The notes: a model not told the origin generated them from the sequence alone. A DNA stretch of 64,000 nt from Candidatus Phosphitivorax anaerolimi (GCA_001896555.1 MPOS01000002.1:77371-141370); one strand, 5' to 3'; numbered from the stretch's first letter, positions 9,031 to 19,213 are shown. Numbers and translations are program-made.

Positions 9031-10569
9031 ATGCGTGAGACCGTAGCAGTTCTGGATTTCGGCTCGCAGTACGCACAGCTCATCGCCCGCCGCATCAGGG
9101 AGTGCGGCGTCTACTGCGAGATCCTTCCTCACGACATCACGAGGGCCGAGATCGAGACCATGGCCCCCAAGGCCATCGTGCTCTCCGGCGGACCCTGCTC
9201 GGTCATGGATGCAAATCATCCCGGGATGGATGCCGGGCTCTTGATGACAGGGATCCCGATTCTGGGGATCTGCTACGGACTGCAGCTCCTGGCGAGCGAG
9301 CTGGGGGGAAGGCTCGCCCGCGGCAGCGCCCGCGAGTACGGGCCGGCCATCATCGAGATCATGGGCGACGGCGCCCTCTTCGAGCGAGTCGGAAAGAAGA
9401 TCGATGTATGGATGAGCCACGGCGACCACGTGGTCCAGGCGCCCGAAGGCTTCGAGGTCCTGGCACGTACGGCTTCGTGCCCCGTGGCCGCCATGGGGAA
9501 CCGTGAAAAAGGAATCTACGGAGTCCAATTCCATCCTGAGGTGGCTCACACCCCGCAGGGCAAAGAGATCCTGCAGAACTTTCTCTTCGGCGTGGCGAAC
9601 TTAAGCGGCGGATGGACCATGGCAGGCTTTGTCGAGGAGTCGGTGGCTTCCATCCGCTCACAGGTCGGCAACGGGCGGGTGATCTGCGGGCTCTCGGGCG
9701 GCGTTGACTCCGCGGTGACCGCGGCCCTCATCCACCGGGCCGTAGGCGAGCAGATGACCGCTATTTTCGTGGACAACGGGGTGCTCCGCTATGGCGAGGC
9801 GGACGAAATCCAGCGGATCTTCTCACACGACTACCCCCTGAACCTGCACATCGTGGATGCGGGCGACCTGTTCCTGGAAAGGCTTGCAGGCGTGACCGAC
9901 CCCGAGGAAAAACGCAAGAGGATCGGCAACACCTTTATCGACGTGTTCTCTGCAGAGGCAAGACGCATCGGAGGGGCCGAGTTCCTGGCCCAGGGCACGC
10001 TCTATCCCGACATCATCGAGAGCAGGTCCGCAAAGGGCGGCCCTTCGGCCACCATCAAGAGCCACCACAACGTGGGCGGGCTGCCCGAGAACCTCTCGTT
10101 CAGCCTGATCGAGCCCCTCAAAGAGCTCTTCAAGGACGAGGTGAGGGCCCTTGGCAGAGAGCTCGGCTTGCCTGAGAGCCTCATCAGCCGTCAACCCTTC
10201 CCCGGCCCCGGCCTGGCGGTGAGGATCCTGGGCGAGGTGAACGCGGAGAATGTCTCCATTCTCCAGCAAGCCGACTTGAGGGTGCAGGAGGAGATCGCGA
10301 AGTGGGACGGCTTTTCCGGCGTCTGGCAGTCCTTTGCCGTGCTGCTTCCTGTCAAGAGCGTGGGCGTCATGGGGGATGAGCGGACCTATGCCAATGTGAT
10401 CGCGGTCCGTGTGGTTTCGAGCCTCGACGGCATGACAGCAGATTGGGTGAAGGTCCCCTACGAGGTGCTCGCACGGATATCCACCCGGATCATCAACGAG
10501 GTCCCCGGGGTGAACCGGGTGGTGTACGATATCAGCTCCAAACCCCCAAGCACGATCGAATGGGAATAG
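9031..10569 (+). CDS. guaA: GMP synthase (glutamine-hydrolysing)
   Basis: GATase1 (GICYGLQ) plus ATP-PPase SGGVDS motif and conserved C-terminal dimerisation domain ending ...PPSTIEWE. AAGGAG SD lies 7 nt before the ATG at 9031; the track ORF begins upstream at 8935. Confidence 0.95.
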   Translation: MRETVAVLDFGSQYAQLIARRIRECGVYCEILPHDITRAEIETMAPKAIVLSGGPCSVMDANHPGMDAGLLMTGIPILGICYGLQLLASELGGRLARGSAREYGPAIIEIMGDGALFERVGKKIDVWMSHGDHVVQAPEGFEVLARTASCPVAAMGNREKGIYGVQFHPEVAHTPQGKEILQNFLFGVANLSGGWTMAGFVEESVASIRSQVGNGRVICGLSGGVDSAVTAALIHRAVGEQMTAIFVDNGVLRYGEADEIQRIFSHDYPLNLHIVDAGDLFLERLAGVTDPEEKRKRIGNTFIDVFSAEARRIGGAEFLAQGTLYPDIIESRSAKGGPSATIKSHHNVGGLPENLSFSLIEPLKELFKDEVRALGRELGLPESLISRQPFPGPGLAVRILGEVNAENVSILQQADLRVQEEIAKWDGFSGVWQSFAVLLPVKSVGVMGDERTYANVIAVRVVSSLDGMTADWVKVPYEVLARISTRIINEVPGVNRVVYDISSKPPSTIEWE

Positions 10570-10595
10570 AGGGAGATGATGCTCCAGAGAAAATC

Positions 10596-10619
10596 CGGGC
10601 ACGGATGCATCCGTGCCCG
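10596..10619. promoter_or_regulatory. perfect 24-bp palindrome (CGGGCACGGATG|CATCCGTGCCCG) between guaA and the PurF-like gene
   Basis: Exact reverse-complement symmetry read directly from the sequence. It could form a 12-bp-stem hairpin (terminator/attenuator without a U-tract) or act as a dimeric protein binding site. Confidence 0.4.
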
Positions 10620-10742
10620 AAAACGGCAACAAGGGCGGGCATACCACCCGCATGAACTCCCTAAGGCAAATAGAGCGGTCTTGCCCCGCACGAAGAACAC
10701 GTGCCGGGCAGACATCAGAGAAGGACGGATCGAGGTTCATCC

Positions 10743-12146
10743 ATGGGCGGACTTTTTGGCATTACAGCAAAGCAGGACTGTGTAAGAGATCTCTTTTACG
10801 GCACCGACTACCACTCGCACCTGGGCACCAGGCGGGCGGGAATGGTGGTGGCCAACAAAAAGGGATTCAACCGTTCCATTCACAATATCGAAAACGCATA
10901 CTTCAGGTCGAAATTCGAGCCCGAGCTCCAGACCTTCCACGGGTCAAACGGCATCGGCGTCATCAGCGACTTCGACGCCCAGCCGCTCATCATCAACTCC
11001 CATCTGGGAACCTTTGCCATCGTCACGGTGGGCAGGATCAACAACATCGATGCCCTGGGCAGAAGGGCCTTTGCCCGCAAGAAGTATTTCTCCGAGACCT
11101 CGGGCGGCGGGATAAACCCCACCGAGCTCGTCTCCATGATCATCTGTGAACAACAGACGTTCCAGGACGGCATTGCCTCCGTGTTCGACTCCATCAAGGG
11201 TTCGTGCTCGCTCCTGATCCTCACGAAAAAAGGAATCATCGCCGCCCGTGACAGGCTCGGCAGGACACCCCTGATCATAGGGAGCAAGGAGGGCGCTTTA
11301 GCCGTCACCTCGGAGACGTGCGCTCTTTCGAACCTCGGATACGAGACGGAATACTACCTGGGTCCGGGCGAAATCGTATATCTGAACGCCGAAGGGTTCC
11401 ACCAGCTCACCCCGCCCAACAGCGAGATGCAGATCTGTTCTTTCTTATGGGTCTACTACGGTTACCCGCCATCGAGCTATGAAAACATCAACGTGGAAAT
11501 GGTCAGGTATCGCTGCGGCCGCGCCCTGGCCAGAAAAGACACCATCGAGGCTGACCTGGTGTCGGGCATCCCGGACTCCGGCATCGGACACGCGGTGGGG
11601 TATGCAAACGAGAAACACATTCCCTATATGCGCCCGTACACGAAGTATACCCCGACCTGGCCCCGCAGCTTCATGCCCCGGAACCAGGCCGTGCGGGACC
11701 TGGTGGCGCGCATGAAGCTCATACCCAACCGTTCGATCATCGAGGGAAACCGCCTGGTGTTCTGTGATGATTCCATTGTCCGGGGCACTCAGCTCAAGGA
11801 CAACGTCAAGATCCTCTTCGACTACGGTGCCCGCGAGGTCCACATGCGGGTGGCCTGTCCCACCCTCATCTACCCGTGCGAGTTTCTGAATTTCTCAGCC
11901 TCGCGGTCCAGCCTCGACCTGGCGGGCCGCAAGGCCATCGTCGAGATCGAGGGCACAGACAAGGTGGACCTGGACGAATATGCAAAGGCGGGCTCGGAGA
12001 AGAACCTCGCCATGGTGGAGAAGATCCGGCAGCGCCTGGGGCTCACCACGCTCAAGTTCCAGACCATGGACGATCTGGTGGATGCCATCGGCCTGCCCAA
12101 GGAAAAGCTCTGCACCCACTGCTGGGACGGGAGCAGCCACTTCTGA
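10743..12146 (+). CDS. amidophosphoribosyltransferase-like protein (class-II GATase/PRTase fold) lacking the N-terminal Cys nucleophile
   Basis: PRTase motif VFCDDSIVRGTQL and PurF-like N-domain, but the N-terminus is MGGLFGI where PurF has MCGIVGI. Confidence 0.65.
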   Translation: MGGLFGITAKQDCVRDLFYGTDYHSHLGTRRAGMVVANKKGFNRSIHNIENAYFRSKFEPELQTFHGSNGIGVISDFDAQPLIINSHLGTFAIVTVGRINNIDALGRRAFARKKYFSETSGGGINPTELVSMIICEQQTFQDGIASVFDSIKGSCSLLILTKKGIIAARDRLGRTPLIIGSKEGALAVTSETCALSNLGYETEYYLGPGEIVYLNAEGFHQLTPPNSEMQICSFLWVYYGYPPSSYENINVEMVRYRCGRALARKDTIEADLVSGIPDSGIGHAVGYANEKHIPYMRPYTKYTPTWPRSFMPRNQAVRDLVARMKLIPNRSIIEGNRLVFCDDSIVRGTQLKDNVKILFDYGAREVHMRVACPTLIYPCEFLNFSASRSSLDLAGRKAIVEIEGTDKVDLDEYAKAGSEKNLAMVEKIRQRLGLTTLKFQTMDDLVDAIGLPKEKLCTHCWDGSSHF

Positions 12147-12300
12147 TCCCGCCAGGATGAACCCCTGTATGCACCTACCGGGGAAGTGCCATGTCCAAGG
12201 TCTTATTGTTCTTTCCGCTACCGGGTTGAAAGGGGCGGCCTGCGTTTTCGCCGGGCATTGGAAGAGACAAGGGGAGGCATCAGAGAAAGCCCGGCCGAAG

Positions 12301-13548
12301 TCACCGGAAAGACGGTATCACCGCGTATATGGTGTCTATGACCCGGCTCACAATTCCCTGTAGCCACCGGATGCCTGTTTGCCTGGTCTCTGCATCGAGC
12401 CCGCGCGCGGTCTCGATATAATCCCTGCCGGCCTCCCTGCCGGCCGCCAGCAGCGAGAGAAAGGCGTCGCGGTCTTGCTCGTCGCCGGTGCGGGATTTCA
12501 GGGAGCGGAGCATTTCGCACAGCCTGACCCATTTTTCGAAGAGGTCCCGCTTCTGAGCAATGAGGACGCGGCGCGCCGCCTTCCCCATGAGGGCCTGGTA
12601 CTCATGGATGGATTCGGGCATGTTCTCGGCCATCTCTCCCAGGTGTCTGATCCGCTCGTCGAGCGACATGTCGATTTTTTCCAGTGCGCCCCTGAGCAGT
12701 GCCTGCTCAATGGCCCCGGACCCGAAGAACTCCGAGCGCACAAAGACATACCAGGCGCGCAGTGCCACGAGATTTGCGATGAAAAGCAGATTGTTCCTGA
12801 CGCTGCGGGTGATCTCCCAGTAGATGCCTGGCCGGAAATCCCGCATGGCGGGCCGGGGGTGATCGTCGAACACCACCTTGCCGCCTTCGGTGATATCGCC
12901 GCGGATAATGGTCCCTGCCGAGATCACGGTGCCGTATTCAATGACAGCCGGCCCTACCAGTCCACCCTGTCCTCCGAGGAAGATTGGCCTCTCGCCCAGC
13001 ATAACACCCCGGGGGACATCCCCCAGCAGAGATGGTGCGGCCCTGTCACGGTTCGGGGTGAGATTAAAGTGCACAAAGGAGCTCCCCACCTCGCTGCAAT
13101 TCCTGCGGTCCGTGCCCCCTGCCATGAGACAATCGCAGAAATCGATGTGGCTCCCCAGGGTGACGAAAGGCATGAGGACCGTGTGCTCGAGCTTTATCGA
13201 GTGAGCCCCTGACACTTCTTCTTCCAGGATGCATGCGTCCCGGACATGGGCATCTCCGGCCACAGAGGACCGGTCCAGAAAAACGGACCGGCCGAAGAAC
13301 CCGCCTCCGAGCTCAACGTCCCTGCCTGTCTGGCAGTCGATGAGCGTGACCGGACCAGACGAGCCCAGGACGGTGCCCGCCTGGATGGAGGTGGTCTTGC
13401 CGGAGATCCTGCAGCCGGGATGGATGACGACTCCGGGCGCTATCATGCCTGGATCGACGTCTTCGCCGATCACAACGCCTGCAGGAAAGGGCATGATCAC
13501 GCCCTTATCCATGAGTGATCTCGTCTTGTGATCCAGACCGTTCTCCAT
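12301..13548 (-). CDS. left-handed beta-helix (hexapeptide-repeat) protein with C-terminal helical domain, function unknown
   Basis: Repeated [LIV]-G-x-x-x-x hexapeptide pattern across about 230 N-terminal residues. Co-directional with and 44 nt downstream of the large GH13 gene. Confidence 0.55.
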   Translation of the reverse strand: MENGLDHKTRSLMDKGVIMPFPAGVVIGEDVDPGMIAPGVVIHPGCRISGKTTSIQAGTVLGSSGPVTLIDCQTGRDVELGGGFFGRSVFLDRSSVAGDAHVRDACILEEEVSGAHSIKLEHTVLMPFVTLGSHIDFCDCLMAGGTDRRNCSEVGSSFVHFNLTPNRDRAAPSLLGDVPRGVMLGERPIFLGGQGGLVGPAVIEYGTVISAGTIIRGDITEGGKVVFDDHPRPAMRDFRPGIYWEITRSVRNNLLFIANLVALRAWYVFVRSEFFGSGAIEQALLRGALEKIDMSLDERIRHLGEMAENMPESIHEYQALMGKAARRVLIAQKRDLFEKWVRLCEMLRSLKSRTGDEQDRDAFLSLLAAGREAGRDYIETARGLDAETRQTGIRWLQGIVSRVIDTIYAVIPSFR

Positions 13549-13591
13549 GATACCGTCTCTCCTGACCCTATAAGGAGATTATGAACGGGTA

Positions 13592-16500
13592 TTACGGCTC
13601 GTCAAATTCCTTCAAAGACGACAGGAACTCCGCCACCGAGTACCCTGCCTTTCCGGCGGCCTCCGCCGCCTCGGTCACATATTGCCGGCTCGCTTTCAGC
13701 CTGTCTTCGTCAAGCTTCAGCTTTCCGGAAGACACCTCCATGGAGCGGATCGCCGAAGTCGTGAAGAGCCAATAGAGCATCTGCTCAAAGGACTCCTTGT
13801 TGAACCACAGCTTGCCGCCGAACTCGTTGACCCCCATGAAGGCCTGTGCATCCGCATCCGCGAACAGGTTCTCCATGACTGCACCCAATCCTTTCTCGAC
13901 CGAGAGCTCGTACCAGTCCTGATGGGAGATCAACGCCTGAACCAGGTGGAGTTCGAACCGTGCCGCGCCCTCATCAAGCCCCATAGAGACGAGGCTCTGC
14001 CTGAGGACCTTGCCCAGGAGAAGCTCGTCCATCAGGGCCCTGCTCTTGACAGGGACTGCCTCAGGCTCCACCAGGGTGCCGATACGACAGAGGATACCCC
14101 ACAGGAGAGGTATCCTCCACCAGGAGAGGTCTTGGGTCACGCCGGCCGGGACCCGGCTGAAGAGGTAGTCGAGCGGGGCCTTCAATCCCCTGCCCGCTCT
14201 CACGCGAAGCAGACGGATGTTGAGCAGGGACTTGAGCAGAGAGTGTATCGCTTCGACGATCTCCACGAGGTCCGACTCCTCGCGCCAGGCATAGAGGTAG
14301 ACCCGCACTTCCCTGAAGAACCCGGCCAGGACTTGCAGGAACGGGTCGGTCACATCGCCCAGATGCACGCCCTCCTGCACGCTCTGGAAGAGGAAGGACG
14401 GGTCCATAAGCGTCCGGAAAGGATCGAGGATGGGTTTCAAATAGAGCTCCTGGAGCTCTGAGGCGACATCCGGGACCCCCCGGCCGCCCAGGTAGTCGTG
14501 CAGCCGTTTCACCTGGCCGTCAAAGTCGCGCATCTCATGGAAGCCCATGAACACGTTCGACTTGAACGCACCCAGGTGCACAAAGAGGCCTTCAGTACAC
14601 AGGGACCGCCCTGACCGTAAGTATTGCAGCCCCTCGCGGAAATCCTCCAGCACATAGTAGACAGCCTCGTCACCGGAAAGCCTGAGCGCCTCTCCCAAGG
14701 TCTTGTGCACAAGCTGTCTCTTCCCGCCCCCCATGTCTACGCTCATGCCCACCGAACGCCTGACCCACCCCCGAGCCTCGGCGTAACGGTTGTTGTAGAC
14801 CACAAGGGTGCGCTCGTCACCTGCCATGTTGGAGTAGGCGAACACGTCCTCGTTCACATGCCCTTCTTCGGTAACCACGTCGAAGAGAGCGAAGTTGTCG
14901 ATCTCGCTGAAGAGATAGCGCTTGCGGAGCAAAGGAAAGATCTCGCGCTCGTGGCGTGCCACCAGGTGCTCGTCCACGCCTTCGTCCCAGTAGGAGCGGC
15001 GATATTCCATGCCGTACTTCTCGCCGAAGCCCTCGATCTGGCCGTGGCCGAACATGGGCAACCCGGGCAGGGTCACCATCATGGTGGCCACCCCGAAGTA
15101 CTTGTCGCCCTTGCCGAACTGCGCCACGGCAGGCTCCTCGTCAGGGTTGTTCATGAAGTTGACGAAGCGTTTGAGGATCTCGGGGTTGAAGCGGAGCACG
15201 TTTTTTATCACGTCGCGGTACTTGCTGTTTTCCTCTGTCTTGAGCATGTTCATGAATGCGCTGTTGTAGACGCGGTGCATGCCCAGGCTCCTGACAAAGT
15301 AGCCTTCCATGAGCCAGAACGCTTCGGCCAGCAGCAGGGTGTTGGGTGCCTCCACGGCCACCCGGTCGACCAGCTCCCGCCAGAACTCCTCGGGGAACAT
15401 CGCATCGAACTCCTCCTGCGACACGCTGTGGGCCGAGCGCGAGGGGATGTCTCCGCCGTATCCGGGCAGCGGATACCAGAGCCGCTGGAAGTGGCGCTTG
15501 GCGAGCGTCATGGCCGCGTCGAACCGGATGACCGGAAACTCTCTGGCTACCTCGATGGTCTTCTGTATCACCGCCTCCCTGACTTCAGCCTTGATGAAGT
15601 CGAGCTGGGCCGTGTCGTTCCAGGGCGTGCTCGTGCCGTCGTTTCCGTGATAGATGTAGCGGGTGTCGCCGGTATAGCGGTCGTATCGCTTGAATACCAC
15701 CGCAGCATCGGTGCGGGTCCAGTAGCCGTCCTCGATCTGGATCACCACGCGATCGTCCTCCGAGAGGTTTTCGCCGGTGAACCGGTAGGAGGGAAAGGGG
15801 CTGTGCCTGAGCTGGATGAACCAGTCGGGGTGCTCGATCACCCACTTGGAGTAGATGCCCATGTGGTTGGGGACCATGTCGGTCGCCATCCGGATGCCAT
15901 AGCGCATGGCGCGCTTCTTGAGGTTGTCGAACGCGGGCTTGCCCCCCAGCTCACCTGCGATGACGTAATCGTAGATGGAGTACGCCGAGGCGGCCGCTTC
16001 GGGGTTTCCCGTGATCTGTTTGATCTTGCGGGATGCGGGGCTCCGCTCCCAGATGCCGATGAGCCACAGCCCGGTGATTCCCCACCGGGCGAGCTGCTCA
16101 AGCTCTTCGTCTGGGATCTCGTCGAGCCGGGAGATGGTGCGGCCGTATTTGCGGGAGAGCTGGTAGAGCCATACATAGGTGCTCTTGGCGATGAGCACGA
16201 GGTGCGGCATCCAGTCGAGATCGGCGCTGAAGCGCTCGATCTCTTCGAGCTCGCGGGCTCCGAAGAGGGGAACCAGGGAAGGACCGGGGCCGAAGTAGCG
16301 CGCCCGGTGCTCCTCGCGGTAGAAGTCCATGCCCTTGAGGATGCGCAGCAGGAGGTCCTTGAGCAGGTACCCCCAGTGGGTCCGGATGTATTCGAGCTGC
16401 CCGTAGAGCGAATCGGGAGAGGCCTTGGCGGGCGCGCGCAGGAGCTCGAGCAGGGTCTGACCTTCAGGGCCGAACACCGGCTGGGAGGCGAAGAAATCCT

Positions 16501-17047
16501 CCAGCGATTTCAGGATATCCATATACCGGCTCTGATCTTCCAGCAGGGTGTCGTCGAAGAGCTCGAGGTAGCGGGAGAACGCCGGATTTTCGTTGGCAAG
16601 AAAGAGCAGGATCATCTCCTCCAGGGTGATGTGCGTATTCTCGACACCCGTGGTGCGATCCCTCAGGTAGGCCGTTTCCGGGATCTTGCCCTGATAGACC
16701 GCGACCGGGGGGAATTGCTCTACAAACTTCTGCAGGGTGGGGTCCACTTCGCCCACGTTCTCCTGCGCCCAGGCGTAGGCCTCGGCCATGATGGAGGGCT
16801 TGACGCTCCTGCGGTAGAGCTCAACCATGAAGTGGAGGATCTCGTCGATGAGACCCATGGCATAGATATCGCTTGCCGAGACCGAGCGTTCGGGATAGAT
16901 CGCGGCCTGGCGGACCTGGTTCATCTTGTCTGCAAACCTGCGCGCCATGAAGAAATCCGCCAGGATGACATTGCCGGTGATGGAGAAAAGGGCTTCCTCG
17001 AACTGGTACTTGTCTCTTACCTGCCTGGAAATGTGGAACTCAAACAT
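13592..17047 (-). CDS. large (1151 aa) GH13 alpha-amylase-family protein, maltooligosyltrehalose-synthase (TreY)-like core
   Basis: GH13 conserved regions DMVPNHMG, VIRFDAAMTL, LLLAEAFW and a C-terminal LPGLPMFGHGQ-E block reminiscent of TreY. The N- and C-terminal extensions have no recognisable motifs. Confidence 0.6.
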   Translation of the reverse strand: MFEFHISRQVRDKYQFEEALFSITGNVILADFFMARRFADKMNQVRQAAIYPERSVSASDIYAMGLIDEILHFMVELYRRSVKPSIMAEAYAWAQENVGEVDPTLQKFVEQFPPVAVYQGKIPETAYLRDRTTGVENTHITLEEMILLFLANENPAFSRYLELFDDTLLEDQSRYMDILKSLEDFFASQPVFGPEGQTLLELLRAPAKASPDSLYGQLEYIRTHWGYLLKDLLLRILKGMDFYREEHRARYFGPGPSLVPLFGARELEEIERFSADLDWMPHLVLIAKSTYVWLYQLSRKYGRTISRLDEIPDEELEQLARWGITGLWLIGIWERSPASRKIKQITGNPEAAASAYSIYDYVIAGELGGKPAFDNLKKRAMRYGIRMATDMVPNHMGIYSKWVIEHPDWFIQLRHSPFPSYRFTGENLSEDDRVVIQIEDGYWTRTDAAVVFKRYDRYTGDTRYIYHGNDGTSTPWNDTAQLDFIKAEVREAVIQKTIEVAREFPVIRFDAAMTLAKRHFQRLWYPLPGYGGDIPSRSAHSVSQEEFDAMFPEEFWRELVDRVAVEAPNTLLLAEAFWLMEGYFVRSLGMHRVYNSAFMNMLKTEENSKYRDVIKNVLRFNPEILKRFVNFMNNPDEEPAVAQFGKGDKYFGVATMMVTLPGLPMFGHGQIEGFGEKYGMEYRRSYWDEGVDEHLVARHEREIFPLLRKRYLFSEIDNFALFDVVTEEGHVNEDVFAYSNMAGDERTLVVYNNRYAEARGWVRRSVGMSVDMGGGKRQLVHKTLGEALRLSGDEAVYYVLEDFREGLQYLRSGRSLCTEGLFVHLGAFKSNVFMGFHEMRDFDGQVKRLHDYLGGRGVPDVASELQELYLKPILDPFRTLMDPSFLFQSVQEGVHLGDVTDPFLQVLAGFFREVRVYLYAWREESDLVEIVEAIHSLLKSLLNIRLLRVRAGRGLKAPLDYLFSRVPAGVTQDLSWWRIPLLWGILCRIGTLVEPEAVPVKSRALMDELLLGKVLRQSLVSMGLDEGAARFELHLVQALISHQDWYELSVEKGLGAVMENLFADADAQAFMGVNEFGGKLWFNKESFEQMLYWLFTTSAIRSMEVSSGKLKLDEDRLKASRQYVTEAAEAAGKAGYSVAEFLSSLKEFDEP

Positions 17048-17235
17048 GCATTCTTCTCTTTCAAAAGGAATTGGTGATCACCACGATACCATTGGTTGTT
17101 TTTCAAGCCCGCTGTCCTGCATCGCCGGTGCAGCCACAACCGCCTATGACAATAGAGTAGAATCTAGGAGAAAGAATCTCCACAGTCAAGGCATAATGAT
17201 CGGATAAAACAAAGGGTGTTGCCTTTCAGACAGCC

Positions 17236-18090
17236 TCAGCCCCGTTTCATGGCCATGAAGCTCCCCATGGGTACGTCCACCTCCTGTGAGACGACCGGGC
17301 ACTTGACCATGAAGAGGTGGAAAACCTCCCTGCCGGGTGCATCGAGGGTTTCGAAGTTGCCCTGCCCCTTGGATATGACCAGGTCCGCGGCCGCGAAGCA
17401 CTCCAGAAACTCCTCGCTGCACAAGGAAAGCGGTGTTCCCGGGGCCTCGGAGCCGCTCGGGATGACCCTGCATAGCCTGTCGAGCCCGGCCTGGGCCGCA
17501 TCGGTCAGGGTGGCGTCGTTGATGACGGGAGCCGACCTGACCGCGCAGGTGACCCTATCCGGCCCGATATGCTCGATGAATATCCGGTCGAGAACGATCT
17601 CGCCGGCGTTGTCGGCGACGTAGAGGACGCGCTCCGCCTTTCTAAGCCGCTCGATGAGCTCAGGGATGTCGTTGACGGCAAACGATGAGTCCAGGGCGTT
17701 CATGATCGTGTCTTCTACTGCGATTTCCTCGCAGCCGTGTGCGCCAAGCCCGAAATCGATGATGTTGCCGGCTACCGCCATGCGTAGAGCAGCCTCCAGC
17801 ATATCGGGCCTGGATGCAATGATCCGCCTCAGCCGCGGCGCCAGAGACAGGGCCTGCTCGTTGGAGTGCCTCTTCTTTTCTCCGTAGGGATCGCCCTTGC
17901 CGTCCATGTCTCTGTAGATCCGGTAGATCTCCCGGGTGAACAGGGGCGGCGGAGCGTCACAGTCGAAACGGGCTAGGCCTTCGAGGACCCGGCGCATGAA
18001 AGGCTCCCGCTTATGCGGGGCGAGATACTCCCGGGCCAGCCCGGCCGCCTGCTTTGTCAGGCAGGCTATGCATTCGACCTGGGTGCGCAT
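17236..18090 (-). CDS. DUF89 family protein (ARMT1-like damage-control phosphatase family)
   Basis: Length and N-terminal ECIACL-containing region are consistent with DUF89. Co-operonic with the upstream mrp (3-nt gap). Confidence 0.5.
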   Translation of the reverse strand: MRTQVECIACLTKQAAGLAREYLAPHKREPFMRRVLEGLARFDCDAPPPLFTREIYRIYRDMDGKGDPYGEKKRHSNEQALSLAPRLRRIIASRPDMLEAALRMAVAGNIIDFGLGAHGCEEIAVEDTIMNALDSSFAVNDIPELIERLRKAERVLYVADNAGEIVLDRIFIEHIGPDRVTCAVRSAPVINDATLTDAAQAGLDRLCRVIPSGSEAPGTPLSLCSEEFLECFAAADLVISKGQGNFETLDAPGREVFHLFMVKCPVVSQEVDVPMGSFMAMKRG

Positions 18091-18093
18091 CTT

Positions 18094-18957
18094 TCAACGT
18101 GAAACGATCTGCTCGAGTATTTTCGAGACGATCTTTGCAAACGCCTTGCCCGCTTCCGTATCACCCGATGACGCCACGAACGGCCTGCCCTCATCGGTGT
18201 CGCGAACGATACCCGGATCTATGGGGACCGCGCCCAGGAACGGCACGCCCAGGTCCTCGGACGCCTTCCTGCCGCCGCCCGTCTTGAAGAGGTCGATGCT
18301 CTTGCCGCAGTGCGGGCAGGCAAAGCCGCTCATGTTCTCGATGATGCCGAGAGGTTTGAGCTCGAGTGCCCTGGCGAACTCCACACTCTTGCGCGAGTCC
18401 AGAAGCGCCACGTCCTGCGGGGTGGTGACGATCACCGCATAGGGCGTCTCCACTCCCTCGACGCCCTTGGTGAGCTGCGCGATGGAAAGCGGCTCGTCGC
18501 CCGTGCCCGGAGGCAGATCAACCACGAGGAAATCGAGGTCGCCCCAGTTCACGTCCTTCAGAAACTGTCTCATGACCGTATGTTTCATGGGGCCGCGCCA
18601 GATCACCGGCGTGTCAGGGCTGTCCAGCAGGTACCCCACAGAGACCACCTTGATGCCGCCGATGGCCTCCACGGGCAGGATATTGCCTTTTTCGTCGCCC
18701 ATGAGTCTCATGTTTTCCACTCCCAGGACCTTGGGGATGTCGGGCCCGTGAATGTCGCCGTCGAGCACACCCACCCGGTAGCCCTCACGTGCCAGGCTGA
18801 GGGCCAGGTTTGCCGTCACCGTGGACTTGCCTACCCCGCCCTTGCCGCTCATGACCATGATGGTATGCCTGATCCGGGAAAGCTGCTTCTTCAGTTTTTT
18901 CTGCTGATTCTCCTGTATCTGTATTATCTTGCTGTTATCGATATCTGTCATCCTCAT
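18094..18957 (-). CDS. Mrp/NBP35/ApbC-family P-loop ATPase (Fe-S cluster carrier)
   Basis: Deviant Walker [11 protein letters not shown] and CPHCG cysteine motif. Confidence 0.85.
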   Translation of the reverse strand: MRMTDIDNSKIIQIQENQQKKLKKQLSRIRHTIMVMSGKGGVGKSTVTANLALSLAREGYRVGVLDGDIHGPDIPKVLGVENMRLMGDEKGNILPVEAIGGIKVVSVGYLLDSPDTPVIWRGPMKHTVMRQFLKDVNWGDLDFLVVDLPPGTGDEPLSIAQLTKGVEGVETPYAVIVTTPQDVALLDSRKSVEFARALELKPLGIIENMSGFACPHCGKSIDLFKTGGGRKASEDLGVPFLGAVPIDPGIVRDTDEGRPFVASSGDTEAGKAFAKIVSKILEQIVSR

Positions 18958-19213
18958 CTCCTGATACTTAAAAAAGGTGGATGTTACCTATCACATAGTT
19001 CAGCCCACGACAATGGCTCAAGGGTTTTACTGTCTTCCTATTTTTCATGTGGTATTTGCAGCACTTCAAGCGCGTCTCTCCTTTGTTGGAAAAGACTTCA
19101 CATCCCTGCCTTCGAAGCCGTCGTGCGCCATCCCTATGAAATGCTCACTTAAAGATCATAGGTTATCAGCTTGTCTGGACATTGTCGGGAACAATCCGAT
19201 CAAGCCCCATATT

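Noticed and set aside
14624-17077. 817-aa plus-strand ORF
   Set aside because: It lies entirely antisense to the 1151-aa GH13 gene. Its translation is low-complexity (runs of H/V/G/E/D/L/A) with no motifs. This is a typical shadow ORF in GC-rich DNA, whereas the minus-strand product carries clear GH13 signatures.
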